The notes under the pieces: model-generated
The model's input: only the letters and a program-made list of their open reading frames with translations
What the model was told of the DNA's origin: nothing
Databases searched by the model: none
Position numbers and translations under genes: made by a program
Part shown: positions 30,160 through 43,100 of the stretch, one piece after another
Position numbering within the stretch: the stretch's first letter is position 1
Layout of the letters: every line of letters begins with the position of its first letter
DNA from: Barthelona sp. PCE
Taxonomy: Eukaryota
Length of the DNA stretch: 64,000 nucleotides
Assembly (NCBI GenBank): GCA_040285745.1
Contig: JAUFOR010000004.1
Coordinates: 434,001 to 498,000 of the forward strand
Direction: 5' to 3'

Positions 30160-33100
30160 TTACATCATAGGAATTTGATTCTCGTGACCTGAGAAGGGAT
30201 CTGTCTCTTCTGTATACATGGGAACATCTGTAGGCTCAGGAGATCCTAATCTATGACTGTATCCTTGACTGCTTTTAGGCGTTTTAGCCCTTGTGTTGCT
30301 CAACTCTGGTAACTCTGTTTCCGCCCGTTTCATCATAATGTTATGTGAGTGAGATTTAGCGCTTCCCAATAACAATTTACCAGATGGTTTACCTCCCTTA
30401 GGACGTTTCTTTGCTGACTGTAATAATCCCAACTGTGATGACCGACTACCAGATAGAGGTCTCATTGAATTGGTAGAGGGGGCACGGTTTGAAAGTCTGG
30501 ATTGTCTAGACATGGATGATTTTGTTCCACGTACATCGTTTAACTTTGCTTTCAATGTTCTCACCTCATTCTTGGATCTACCGAGCTCTTGTTCCAGACG
30601 ATGGTTGTTGAAACGTAACTCATTAATGTCTTCCATCAGCTTCTTGTTATGACCCAAGAATTGCTTACGTTGAGCACCCAAAAAGTTTCGATGCACTTCT
30701 GTGCTGCGCTCTAGACCCTTCACACGCTGTTCCAGATGTTCTCTCTGTCTTTGCAATTCGGAAACCTCAGAGCTAGTCTGTCTACGTTGAATGATCTCGT
30801 TATCATCTGTAGTTGTACAATATGTGCGATACATAGCCTGCAAACAGTCTCTCCAGTACTTTGGTGAAACGTTTTCGACCAGGTTACCCAGATCCTTAAT
30901 AAAATACTGCACGATGCGAGTCTTCTGCTGCAGATGATTCTGAAGATCAGTAATTTGTTGTTTAAGGTTTCTGACATTGATATCGCGCTCATGAAGAGTA
31001 AACTTCAGGTTAACTTGCTGTTGATGATTCTTCTCAAGGAATCCATCAAGTGTTTGAATTTGTTTCTTATATTTTTGGATCCTTAAATCACGCGGTTCAA
31101 TTTGATTCTTCAAATCGCTAATTTTGATACATAGAACATACTTAAACTTCTCTAACTCAGCGTTCTTTGTTTTTAATACAAAAATTTGACGTTCTTTCTC
31201 AGAAATAGTTTCATTTCGTTCTTCTAACTCTAATTTTAACAATTGAATCTTCTTTTCGTGATCCAATATATTCTTTTCCAACACTTGAATCTGTTCACCA
31301 GCTTTCTTTAGATCAACACTCTTTGCTACTATTTGTTCTTGATAAGTTTTAAATTTGCGTTTTAAATTTAAGTTCTCCAAAGTCAATTGATTTAATGACT
31401 GTTTCTTCTTTGACAATTCTTGTAAAAATTTCTTTTCAATACGATTGCTGAATGTCTCAAAATCATCATTCACTTGTACAATTTCTTCTTCATAACCTTC
31501 ACATAAGATTTTGTTTTGGTTTTCCAAGCTAACAATATCATTCGTCTTACTCTCTAACTCAAGCATGTATTGTTTCTCAAGATTCTTTACCTCACTACCA
31601 TGAGATAGTTTCACATTATTCAGCTCTTCCTCATAATTCTCAACCAACTCAGCCTTTTCAGTCTCAAGTGCTGTTATGATTTTCTTAATTTGCTGAATAC
31701 GTTTTCTGTTCTCGCTCTCAAGATTAGTGATGGTTGACATATGTTCAATTTCCTTGTGCTTGATTTGTTCAGTAAAGTTCATCTCAATCTCTTCAAGTTT
31801 ACCGTTCTTTGTCTGCAAAACAGTGTCTTTCTCGTTAAGAACAGTCTCAAACATATCTTTTTCTTGTTGAAGTTTGTCTTTGAAGTTCTTCTCAATTTCT
31901 TTAACCTCAAAGGAAAACTTCACTTCTTGTGTCTCAAGCTTACGTTGCAGAGTATCCATCTCACTTGCAACATCATCGAGCTCCTTGGACTGTACCAAGA
32001 GAAGTGACCAACCACTTGCTTGTGGTTGACCAGCTAAATAATTGAGGGGGTCAATGTTATCGGGAAGATCTCCAACATAAGACATATAAATGGTATTATT
32101 ACACTGTGTAAACAAGAGTCTGTTTGAGAAAACGCACTGCATTTTCTTGATAGGTTTGAGATGAAGACTAAATGAGCTGCGATCGACCCAGTCGTCAGAT
32201 TTAAACTGCAGTGCACCATCGTAATCATATACGTTGATCAGACCATTATCACCAGCAACAAGCACATGCTCATCTAGCATCGCCAAAGTGGTTGGTGATA
32301 CGTTACGATCAATTGCATGTGTATGTGTATGTGATCTGGTATCGGTGACGACCATGTCTCTGTATGAATTGTACAAATAAGAAAGGGATTTGGGAGCCAG
32401 CAATTGGGCAATAACGACTGAGTCCTCAATGATTACAGCCGTATTGATCATGACTAGGGGATCACTGCCTCGACCATCACCCACAACGTGGTTGTGCAAT
32501 TGAATCATGTAATCACTTACTGAGATAACTGATCGTCCTGAAGCAAATGCTGATATGGGGTTTGATGGGTGACCAAGTTCTGCAATAGCAACTTCGTCAC
32601 GAATATCATAAACAAGACAGGAACCATGAGAATCACGAATGTTGATGAATGATCCACATATTGAGAAGCATATGTCAATAATTGTTGTTTCCTGTTCGAA
32701 TACAGTTATAGGGGCGTCGTTAAATGCTGTATAGTCGTATAAATATAACTTATTCGACTGCGCAATGGCTAAGACTGCACCGTTCTTCGAAAATTGAATA
32801 GCTGAAGCGTTTTTAACCGTATATGAAAACGTTTCCTCGATGTTATTCCGTTGAACGATAAACACGCATACCTTGAGCTTAAATACTACCAACAATTGAT
32901 AACTGTTAGGATGGATGGCCACAGCTACTGGCTTCTCGAAAAACACCTTGTTGATGATCATTTTCTTTGTGAAATAGTTGAACACACGCAGCTCTTTGCC
33001 ACACACCATACACATAAAAGGCCTTGTATGACATACATCAAAATCAATGATGTTTTCATCAGTAAAAGATGGAATAATAAGCTCTGTCTTTCTCAACTCA

Positions 33101-34188
33101 TCCTCGTTGCGGCTCGCAAGAGGTTTAAACATGTGCATATCACCAATCTCTGATAACAAAATGAAAGAATCATCACCAGGTGAAGATGTGATTGATACAA
33201 ATTTCTTATCGAATTCATGAGTGACTGATGGTGTACCCAGATCCATTTCGACCTCTGGATGAGGAATTGTAGAAAAACACCATCCTTTATCTCCTAAGAA
33301 AGCCATTTTTCCTCCTAAACCATGTGATCTTCCTATCTTGTGAATTATCTCAGTAAATTTAGTCTCATTGCGATGGAACAGGACTGCTTTCTTCTGAATA
33401 AGCATTCCAAATACATAATTATTACTACCACCACCACTCTTTGAAGCAAAAAGACAATGTGGAATAGTTGGTAATGGCATAGAACCAACTATTTCAAGTT
33501 GTTTTGCAAAATAAAGCTCCTCTTCAGCGCTGATAATTACTTCTTCATCAGGTAAAACTAAAAGATCATCAACTTCCCTAAAATGTACATTGCTTAATGA
33601 TAACGGTCGTAACCCGTCAACTAGTAACTTATACACTAATAAATCGGGCTTGTACATGTACACAATGGAAGCGTCATCTGGTGAAAACGCAACCCTTGAT
33701 ACATTCTGCGCACATTGGGTAGCAGCTACAACACGCTTACTCTTCCATGTGATGAGACTCAAATGAGTACGTGAACCAGGGAAGAGGAGCGCAATCACCT
33801 GAGAGTCTCCACTAAAGGAAATTGATGATACCTTGGAATGATCAGAAGATAGATTATCAATGACGCGTACAACTATGCGCTTTGAAAGATTGATTATCAG
33901 AACCCGTAAACCTGTTGTGGTTACCTGTGCCGCCGCTAGAAACCTTCTGCATGGTGAAATCGCGATCGTACTGATTTCAAGAACGTTTTCTGAATTGTTG
34001 ATGTCGCAAAGCATCGTTTGATCTTGGTTGACAAGACTCTGGAGAATAATCTGTCTTCCAGCAACATACAGGATGTGTGAGTCGTCCATCATGTGAATAC
34101 AATCATCATTTGCTATGCGGTCAAGTCCCCAACAGTGTATCGGCTTTAAAACGTTCGAAATATGCTCACCCTCTTCTTTGGACTCCAT
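30160..34188 (-). CDS. CFAP57: CFAP57/WDR65-like flagellar WD40 + coiled-coil protein
   Basis: N-terminal WD40s, then ERNETISEKERQIFVLKTKNAELEKFKYVLCIKISDLKNQIEPR and ELQRQREHLE. Start MESKEE chosen. Confidence 0.9.
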   Translation of the reverse strand: MESKEEGEHISNVLKPIHCWGLDRIANDDCIHMMDDSHILYVAGRQIILQSLVNQDQTMLCDINNSENVLEISTIAISPCRRFLAAAQVTTTGLRVLIINLSKRIVVRVIDNLSSDHSKVSSISFSGDSQVIALLFPGSRTHLSLITWKSKRVVAATQCAQNVSRVAFSPDDASIVYMYKPDLLVYKLLVDGLRPLSLSNVHFREVDDLLVLPDEEVIISAEEELYFAKQLEIVGSMPLPTIPHCLFASKSGGGSNNYVFGMLIQKKAVLFHRNETKFTEIIHKIGRSHGLGGKMAFLGDKGWCFSTIPHPEVEMDLGTPSVTHEFDKKFVSITSSPGDDSFILLSEIGDMHMFKPLASRNEDELRKTELIIPSFTDENIIDFDVCHTRPFMCMVCGKELRVFNYFTKKMIINKVFFEKPVAVAIHPNSYQLLVVFKLKVCVFIVQRNNIEETFSYTVKNASAIQFSKNGAVLAIAQSNKLYLYDYTAFNDAPITVFEQETTIIDICFSICGSFINIRDSHGSCLVYDIRDEVAIAELGHPSNPISAFASGRSVISVSDYMIQLHNHVVGDGRGSDPLVMINTAVIIEDSVVIAQLLAPKSLSYLYNSYRDMVVTDTRSHTHTHAIDRNVSPTTLAMLDEHVLVAGDNGLINVYDYDGALQFKSDDWVDRSSFSLHLKPIKKMQCVFSNRLLFTQCNNTIYMSYVGDLPDNIDPLNYLAGQPQASGWSLLLVQSKELDDVASEMDTLQRKLETQEVKFSFEVKEIEKNFKDKLQQEKDMFETVLNEKDTVLQTKNGKLEEIEMNFTEQIKHKEIEHMSTITNLESENRKRIQQIKKIITALETEKAELVENYEEELNNVKLSHGSEVKNLEKQYMLELESKTNDIVSLENQNKILCEGYEEEIVQVNDDFETFSNRIEKKFLQELSKKKQSLNQLTLENLNLKRKFKTYQEQIVAKSVDLKKAGEQIQVLEKNILDHEKKIQLLKLELEERNETISEKERQIFVLKTKNAELEKFKYVLCIKISDLKNQIEPRDLRIQKYKKQIQTLDGFLEKNHQQQVNLKFTLHERDINVRNLKQQITDLQNHLQQKTRIVQYFIKDLGNLVENVSPKYWRDCLQAMYRTYCTTTDDNEIIQRRQTSSEVSELQRQREHLEQRVKGLERSTEVHRNFLGAQRKQFLGHNKKLMEDINELRFNNHRLEQELGRSKNEVRTLKAKLNDVRGTKSSMSRQSRLSNRAPSTNSMRPLSGSRSSQLGLLQSAKKRPKGGKPSGKLLLGSAKSHSHNIMMKRAETELPELSNTRAKTPKSSQGYSHRLGSPEPTDVPMYTEETDPFSGHENQIPMM

Positions 34189-34352
34189 GTTACGTTCCAA
34201 AAAACAGCGAAATTCGCGAAAGGAGAAAGATAAATTTAAACATTTGCAGGTAAACGTTTTTCTGCTTTTTACAGACTGCAATTCTCATAAAAAGCCAGTG
34301 CGGTTCCAGTTTAAATATACATTTTCTATTTATTCAAAGTAGGAAAAAAATT

Positions 34353-34870
34353 CTATTCTGTGTAAAAGAGTTTATTTTTTATAATATTGATCCAGCACCA
34401 TGGAATAAGTGTTCGATCACCAGCCATAGAACTATTGTGGATAGCATCAAAGGGGGGCAGATCGACGTGTTCAGCGGTGACAGGGAGTCCACAATGAGCG
34501 AGAAAAACGGTATCCAGAAGAGAGTTTAAAAAGAATGACTTGCCTGCATTGTTTGCAGCAGTCAACAGAACAGAGGTAATGCATCCGTGGAAGTCCTGAG
34601 GAACACAGGTGACGCGATCGTAGTACCGAGGATTGACCATACCTTCTATATGAATTACTCTTTCGCTATTGAAAGATGGATACACCCAAGAGTCCACTGA
34701 TAATGAAAGATCAATGGTGGCGACGAGGTCAAAGGCTTCTTCGAAATGAGAAATATATTGTTGCGTTTCCCTCTGCAACTGGTTCAAAATTTCACTTTCA
34801 AGCGTTAGAATATCACTGTACACATCGCCTATCACGCTGTCAACGTGTCTTGCAATTGGGGTCTTCCAGA
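34353..34870 (-). pseudogene. Internal fragment of MSH5-like MutS homologue
   Basis: WKTPIARHVDSVIGDVYSDILTLESEIL...ATIDLSLS...CVPQD...LLTAANNAGKSFFL...FLAHCGLPVTAE...DAI. No ATG ahead of the homologous part, and no STF or Walker B after it. Confidence 0.7.
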
Positions 34871-35016
34871 CGTACTTCCAATAATTTTTCCTTCCAAAAG
34901 TTGTTTTGTGTTTTATTTTACTTTATTACAGCTTTCAGCAACGTGAAGGTAACGATTCAGACGAGCAAATTTGCTTTTGATCTGGACTTTGCTTTTATCT
35001 TTCTATCCTCTTTTTT

Positions 35017-36840
35017 ATGAGCAAAAGTTCCATTAATGCACGTAAAACAACGAATATAGCACAACAAATACCAAATAATGTTCCAAAATGTTCATTTAGA
35101 GAAACTGAATTTTGGATTTCCCAATGTGACGACAGAACTTGGAAAATAACCTCATTATCGGGGAATACCGGACTATCTACACATGCCCAACTCGACCCTG
35201 AGATCTCTTCGCTGATCAGCGATACTTTGCCTGGCAAAGCCTTTATGGCGTGCAGCAGCATGTACGGTGCACTTGGAGTTGTCAGTAGCAACAGCGGGGA
35301 TGGTGTGTGCGAGACACATTATCGTACATTCAAGCACGATGATGATGGGATTCAGATACTGAATCAAGTCGTTGTTCCAGAGGTACACACTCATATCAGT
35401 GTTTTTGACAGAGCTATGGGCGCCATCAAGACCAATCAGAACGTTTTAACAACGTATATGATCCTTAATGATGGTTTACTCGTAAACAAAACCGAGCACA
35501 ACCTCCCCTTTCCAATTACAAGTTTTATCATGTGTCCACACAACTGGGTGATTGTAACCAAACAGTTGCATTTAAACGATTCTGCTGTGGGGTTGTTCAA
35601 CTTGGAATCAGAAGAGCAGGCTTTGCTGCCTTATATAGTTACTTCGCTTGATGTAACCATAACTGTTAACAACAGCTTCACCTTTGAAGCAGCTAATGCT
35701 GTGGATCGTAGTGAAAATGTGTTCATTTCTCTTTCATTTCCAAGCTCAGAACTCTACACATTAAGCATGTCGAATATTGAGATTGACAACACAATTCAAA
35801 AATCCATGAATAAGACTGCCAAACCTGGTGGTATAACTACTCCTGCGAATACTGAAGATTGTGAAATACTTCCTGTGATTGATATATCTGCTCCAACTGC
35901 TCATATATTCCAATCAGCTCCACCTATATTCCAATCAGCTCCAACTGCTCCCGTGTATGTTGCTCCCAAACCGCAAGCAATGGCTAAACAGCCCGAGAGA
36001 GAAGTTCCAATGGGTAAGAGAGAAATTGAGGTTGATAAAGTTCTTCACCGCGACTTTAAAATTTCTTTGTTGGTCGAATCTGGAATGTTGAATATTAAGT
36101 ATAGTAACCAGAAACTTAAGACTAATCTATCTTACAAAAGTGATTTCCAGTACTTAGTGAGTGGAAGAAGCGATGGTGCTGTGATATGTGAGTATTCTGG
36201 TGCATCTGGCACTCTGTTTTTTTTCAAAAGCACAACAGGTACTATGTTATTTACTCATTGTTTTGAGTATAATGTCGCTGATGATTTACCTTCTGATGAC
36301 TTTGATGATGTGATGATTGTTGGGCATGGTAAGTATTGTGTGCTATGCTTCTCTTTCAATAACAGTTGTGTAATTTTTGTGATAAATACTGTTAATGAAC
36401 AAATTTATTATGAACATTATGAATATGTATTAGGAATTCATATCTACAATGAGTTTCTTGTAATTCATTGCGCAGATTGTATTGTTCATTCAGTGATCAC
36501 TGATGATGGATTGAGTGAAAGGAAGGAATTTGAGCTTGATGAATGTTTTGATGAATTACGACCTTTTCATGACTGGATTGTGTTTAGGGAATACTTTAGT
36601 GATTGGGCATTTGCATATAATATATCACAGAAGAAAAAGTTCCAAATTAGTCTTGAAGGTTATAGACAAATACTTGATTTGGACTTTAATCCAAAAGATC
36701 AACGTATACAGCAAATTATTGATCTAAACTTATGTAATAGTGAAGAATTAGATCCTGCAGATGTTTGTATAGCGATATTCTTAGCATTCTTAATCATTTT
36801 CCTTATTGCCTTGTTTTCTTATTATATATCCAAATCCTAA
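35017..36840 (+). CDS. Hypothetical tail-anchored membrane protein
   Basis: 607-aa ORF: two beta-rich halves, a Pro/Ala linker and a C-terminal TM helix. Confidence 0.8.
   Translation: MSKSSINARKTTNIAQQIPNNVPKCSFRETEFWISQCDDRTWKITSLSGNTGLSTHAQLDPEISSLISDTLPGKAFMACSSMYGALGVVSSNSGDGVCETHYRTFKHDDDGIQILNQVVVPEVHTHISVFDRAMGAIKTNQNVLTTYMILNDGLLVNKTEHNLPFPITSFIMCPHNWVIVTKQLHLNDSAVGLFNLESEEQALLPYIVTSLDVTITVNNSFTFEAANAVDRSENVFISLSFPSSELYTLSMSNIEIDNTIQKSMNKTAKPGGITTPANTEDCEILPVIDISAPTAHIFQSAPPIFQSAPTAPVYVAPKPQAMAKQPEREVPMGKREIEVDKVLHRDFKISLLVESGMLNIKYSNQKLKTNLSYKSDFQYLVSGRSDGAVICEYSGASGTLFFFKSTTGTMLFTHCFEYNVADDLPSDDFDDVMIVGHGKYCVLCFSFNNSCVIFVINTVNEQIYYEHYEYVLGIHIYNEFLVIHCADCIVHSVITDDGLSERKEFELDECFDELRPFHDWIVFREYFSDWAFAYNISQKKKFQISLEGYRQILDLDFNPKDQRIQQIIDLNLCNSEELDPADVCIAIFLAFLIIFLIALFSYYISKS
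35905..35946 (+). repeat. 21-bp tandem duplication in coding sequence
   Basis: ATATTCCAATCAGCTCCACCT ATATTCCAATCAGCTCCAACT (IFQSAPP IFQSAPT). Confidence 0.95.
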
Positions 36841-37132
36841 AAAGGAACATCATAAGAAACATCAAGAGTAGGTCGCTGTTGGATGAGGAAAATCATTAAC
36901 TTTGTAACGCTCAGAATTGTACCAATACCGCAAGTAACCAAAATCTTCAACAAGAATTTACGAAGACCCACAAGCAGTTTAGAAACATTATTTGAAATCT
37001 TGGACCTGGCATACAGGTAAAAAAGCACGTCAGAAACAAAGATAATAAGCAATCTAACAAATAAAATTTTGAAAAAGCTTCCATCAACCAACACCACATT
37101 AGATTGGAACGAAATTGAAAAATACAGCGCGT

Positions 37133-40100
37133 CTAAATATTGTTCAAAAAATTTTCTTTCTTTCTTCTTTTTTTATGGTCTAATACTGATACCAAAGGGG
37201 CAGAAAGTGGTCTTTGTGCTACAAATTCACGTGTAATAAGACGAAAACTGCTAAAACTGGAATAAAACTGATCATTTGACACTCCGAAAACACCATTCGA
37301 ATCTCTGTAAAGAAATAATGGAAATTTGGTTTGAATATAACTAATAATATCGGAGCGTGTGTAAAATATTGGTATATTAAGACTGGCATAACAAACAGTG
37401 ACTTCATCGTTGTAATAGACTGACACAAACTCTTTAACCTCATTTTCTGAAGCACCACAGGAGCGCAGTAGTGTCTTGAGTTTTAAAGTTTTAAGTTTTG
37501 TAGAATTTAAAGACAAAAACATTGCTAAATGATTGTATAATAGTAGTAAATCAATCACTCTTGCTTTGCGAATAACTGTGGTAAAAAGAGAAAGTATAAG
37601 AGTTTGTCTGAGCGTAACATTGCAATTATCTATGGAATAAAACATGGAATCGTAGTGGTTAAATACCTGCAGTAACAATTGGATCGTGGAGTTGTGAAAA
37701 TTGCGAATATCATAATACAAGATAGTAGGGATATTGTGACGCAATTGCTTGTATACATTTTCTGTTAATAGAAAAACTACTCGTGGTGATAAAGAAGCGT
37801 CCATTGATTCAACGATTGCTGTGATATGTTGAATATCAATATACGTATCATGAAACTCAAGCTTAACGAACAGGCAATCATGTTTAGAAATTATTGACTG
37901 CTGTTCTGATGCTGTAAGCTGCATAAATTCACATAAATTAATTAAATTATAATCATCATTGATCATCAGTGACATGTATATAAAATTATCAGCAAGAGCA
38001 AAAGATACTGGTAATATCAAATTACATGAGGTTATAAATATATCTAACGGTTCATATGCAAACAAAGCCTTAACATTGAATATTTCAATGCTACAATGAT
38101 TAAAAATTGAAGCAAAAATGGTTGTACAAGGCTCACTAACATAATTTGGAGATGTAAAAGGGGACAATACTATACACCAAAGGACTAACTTGCACAACTT
38201 GTTAGAGTATGTGATATCAAGAGCAGTATCAATGGTAATGATTAGTTCAGCAACTGCCCTCGTCTCTGATTTAACTAGCTCAAAATTATTCAGATGTTTG
38301 GTACACTGTGAAAGATCATCATTTTTAGCAACCGCAATTTTGGTTTTCAAACACTCATTCAACAGTTCATGAGATAAATCAACGGCAGAAATCTTATTTT
38401 TCAACATCAAAGGAGAATCTACATCAAACGAATCATTACTCAACAACATACTAATATCTGTGATACATTTAGAGTCAATGAATACATTGTGTAGTACAAA
38501 TAAATAATACATCGCTGTCAATCTAAAGTGAACAGGTATTCTTAACAACTCAACTGATAATAGATCAAACAAAGCTGTTTTTGGATCCTCTTGCTGCATT
38601 AAATTACGGTACAACGTCAGGAAATGATGTACAGGATATACAAAAACGAAGTAATTATCAACAAATACAGAGAAAGCATCATTAAAATTGAACAAATGAT
38701 GGACAAACCGTAGAGAAAAAATTTCAGGGTGAGTTTTCACAGAACAATCAATGTTAAAAAAATCAACAAGAGCAAGTTCCTCATATATATCGTTTTTATG
38801 ATCATTTAGATTTGTATCAATAATGTTCATAAACCGTACAAAATCTAACGGTATTTTTTCCTTATTTTTGCCAAAAACACGGTCAATCTGCCTGGAAACA
38901 TCTTTCTTAGTATTTAAGAAACTTTCTCCAATTAGTAACAAATCATTGTAAATTATTGAAATTGAGGAGCGATAATTTGCACAACTATTAAAAACGGAAA
39001 TACGAATATTAGGTTCAATAGGAATGAATGCTCCTTGGAAGTGCACATGCTCTGTCTCTCTTGTGCGTTTTGCCTTCAACACAGCTTCTATTAGCGGTTC
39101 AAAAAATTCAAAATCTTCTAATGATGTCATATGAACAAAGAAAAACTTATTTTGAGCAAAATTAAAAATCTCTTTCCACTGCCATGGATGAATAATCATC
39201 TTAAATATATCAACAATAATAACTGGCGCAAAAATTGATTGAACAGATGTTTTTTCCATTTTCACTGGAGTTACCACATTACTTATCATGACAAACTCAC
39301 TAGCCATTGCATAATACAGCCTCATAATGCGAGCTAATAGTAATTGTTGTGAGAAAGGAATTGGATCATTGGAAAACGAAATGGGAAATAATATTGTCAA
39401 TGTAACTTCAATTACTTTAGCAATAATTGATGGGTCCATACCACTGCTGATCAAAAACTCAGTAATTATAGATTTAACAAGCGGTACGGTTACTGAGCTG
39501 ATCGCTAATTGATAGAAAGTTAAAAGCAAAGAACAGACTTGTACGTGTTTCATAATCTCATCAGATAATGTGACGACAGGAAATACCTTAATAAGCTGAT
39601 TAATAATTGTTTGCTGTTCGTCTATACTTGTTTTAAGGCTTCTTACATTATCTTTCAGGTACACGATCCGTTGCTCCAGTTCAACTTGCTTCCTAAAGAA
39701 GTCCTGAGCCTGTTTATGATCAACTAATTCGGAAACAGAAATACCAGTGCCCAAATGCTTTGCCAAAATCAATTTGTGTTTGTGTAACTGCTTTTTTAAA
39801 TCCACAAGCCTGGACTTTTGAATGGATATATCAACATTTAATGACTGTAATAAATTCTTTAAAGTAGTAAATCTATCTTGCGCAGATTTAATAATTTCAC
39901 AAAAGGAAGAAAACAAACCAAAGTAGTTTGACACATTGAGACATGTTGAGATATTCATACTATGCAAGACATCAACACTGGGAAAAGTTACACAGTCAAT
40001 TTCATTAAATTTGAAAGTACTATTACTTGAAATGATTTTTTTCGAACAAGAAATGAATATATCGATATATATTGAAAGATCTGAACTTAAATACTTGATT

Positions 40101-43100
40101 GATTTCAACATATCATCATTCAAAATACAATTCCGTCGATCTATTGAGATCAGCTCTTTTGACGGCAAGGGGAAATAACGAGATTTATCCCAATTATTCG
40201 TCATCCTGGAAACAATCATACCTTGAACATGTTCAGATATTATATTAGCTTGCACTTCAGTAGCAAAAAGTAAATAAAAAGTGTAAAGCGGATGAGCATG
40301 ATGTATCGATGATATTATCATTTGCCTAATCTTAGAATTGAACATACACACGTTGATAGTGCTACAATCGATAATAATAGCAGTTGGAACCTTTGGAGAA
40401 GTATCATAAGAAATACTTGCATTGAATTTTTGACTAACTAAACTTCCTTTCTCCAACGATAGTCGCAAAAGGTAAACAAATAATTCAGTTGAAAGTGAAG
40501 TTGTCTTTGACAAAGTGTTAAGTACAAATCCTACACATGATGAAGTATCCTGAATGTTTATCATAATCTTTAGAATGTCTTCATTACAGTGATACCAAGC
40601 ACGGGAGTGTATGTCATGTACATTATTGTTAAACAAAGTAAACAGTTGTTCAGTTGATAAATACTTGTTGTTAAATATGATAAGAGGATCATTCAACTCT
40701 TGTTTCGATAATGGCATAATGTCCAGTAATTTTGTGATCATCAAATGACATTGATCATTTGAATCACAGAATTTTAATCGAAGATGGGTGCTAAATGCTC
40801 GCAACGCCCGATAATCAAGTTTTGTACCACCACTAATCATAGCCTCAATCAATTTAAAGGTACTTAGACATTCGTACAGCATAGATACATCATAACATTC
40901 GAGAGCATGATTGTAAAAAAGGTGTAAAGCAGATGCGAAACAATAATATATTTGCTTTCTAAACAAATACATAACATCATGCAGGTCAGGAGAACGTTCT
41001 AACAGGATTGATGTCATTATAGTCATGCTTTCTGCAAAATTTTTCAAGATATTATGCTCCTCCAAGTTAAAAAACCTGTTGCTGTAAATTGTATATAACT
41101 CTGAAGGGTTACTATTCCAACATATCAATAAATGTTTCCTAACACACAAGAATTTCTCTTCACTTCCTGAAACATCAAGTAAAACATTAGTACAATCCTC
41201 TAACAATCCACCAAAGTGAGCTTTTGGATAAGATATTTGTTTTGAATCCCAGATATTATCAACATCGAACAGAGTTGAAACAACAATATTTTTTGTGAAA
41301 GAAAAAGATCCATCAAGCACAATTGTTGAGGGAATATTCAAAATCTGTGAACCTATCAAATGGCTTAATACAATATACTGAAATGTAAGCATGTTTGAGT
41401 TAAGTAAAAAAATTTGTTCAAATGTGGTGGAACTTAACTTTCGGATCATTTGCTCCTGAGATATGGTCTCAAAAGATTGCAATTCTCCCGATTTCACTGA
41501 AATATAAGAGCCAAGTGCAGCAGTATTGAAAGGAGTACTTTCGATTTGATCAATCGAAAAATCAACTTGCTCAAAAACAATGAAGGGTGATAAATATGCA
41601 TAATTAACAGCATTTTTAGCAAATTTGAAATCTATTTCAAGATCGTTCCTTGTAGAACCTTCCAATCGAGAGTGAAGTAATCCTAAATATACCGTAACAG
41701 CAAAATGAAAAGCTACAAATCTATGATTCTTAAATTCAGAGTGTTTCCAAATTGTTCTAGAATAAAGATCCATTGCATCACAATAAAACTCCTTTAAATA
41801 CTCAACAGCTCGTTCAACAAGCTGATCTGATCCAAACTTACTTACTTCATCCTTAAATCGATGGATATAGTCGTCTAATACCTGTTCCTCCGAGATACAA
41901 AAGACGGGGGGCAGAGGTATTGCTTTAATATCACTAGTTTCATAAAATAATGGATTAATACTTTGAAGGGATAACATTTCATATCTATCAAATGAAGTAA
42001 ACACAGTAAACTTAAATCCAGTCTTTGCAATTATACATTCTGATAGTGGTGTGTTGTTAATTGCTGTATAATAATCATTAAAAAATTCTGAACTACAACA
42101 ATCTAACATTGTCATTTTAAACTCTATTCCAAGTCTTGGTAAAAATTCATTTAAAATACCCTCTACAACTGTGTAACGGATATCATGAGAAATAAGAGTT
42201 TGTATTGATATATGAACAGGAAAGCAGCATGTGATCGCGAATAAAAGACCATATAGACCACACTCATCATCACATCTACTACGATCCATGTGGCTTCTGA
42301 TGATTTCTAGAGGAGGAAACAATGGTAAGAATGGTACAAGGTCCTCAATTGAGTAATGATCAATGTTAGGGAAGAAGCTCTCATGCATTAGAGTAAAACT
42401 ATCTTTTGAAGACAAGTTTTTATACTGTTCAACGTGTTTAAACCCCTCAAAAGGCCACTCTAAGCAACTGAAGAACAAATTGAATAAAAATGATGCAAAT
42501 AGTTTCTCACTAAACTCATGTTCAGTAAACATAAAGCTAATAGACATAGCAATGGAGTTTGTTAATGATGAAGTATTATAAAGACCAAATAATCTTGAAA
42601 ATTCAGAAACATACTGATGAAGAAGTGTGCCATAAACTTGATGATCTTTTATCAAGAGCGCACAAAAAATCATACTAGGAGAAAGGCAAGATGATTCATT
42701 TTTGCAATAGGTGAAAGGAATAATGCTGTCACCAAAAAATGATACATCATAATATCGTTGAGAAGTAACAATAATAACTGCTCCTTTGGTGAAATAATTC
42801 TTAGATTCCATGCTGTTGATCCTTTCAACGGCTATTGGGATCAAAGGTGACTGAAGGAATATAACTAATAAGCTTTTTGAGCTGAACGTACGTTCTAATA
42901 ATGTAGTGAGGTTTGCTACTGACGTTTCTTCATTGTAATGAAAATACGACATATCTCGGAGCGAATAACAAGATAATACACTGAACATTCTTCTGGTTTC
43001 ATGATAATTGTTAGAGATAACAACAAAAAATCTGGAATCATCACATAACACAACCAAATCTCGCATTAATAAATGATAATTAGGTTCTGGAAGCAGTAAC

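Noticed and set aside
34964-34975. 12-bp palindrome AGCAAATTTGCT next to the MSH5 fragment
   Set aside because: No partner inverted repeat or target-site duplication found; insufficient for a mobile-element call.
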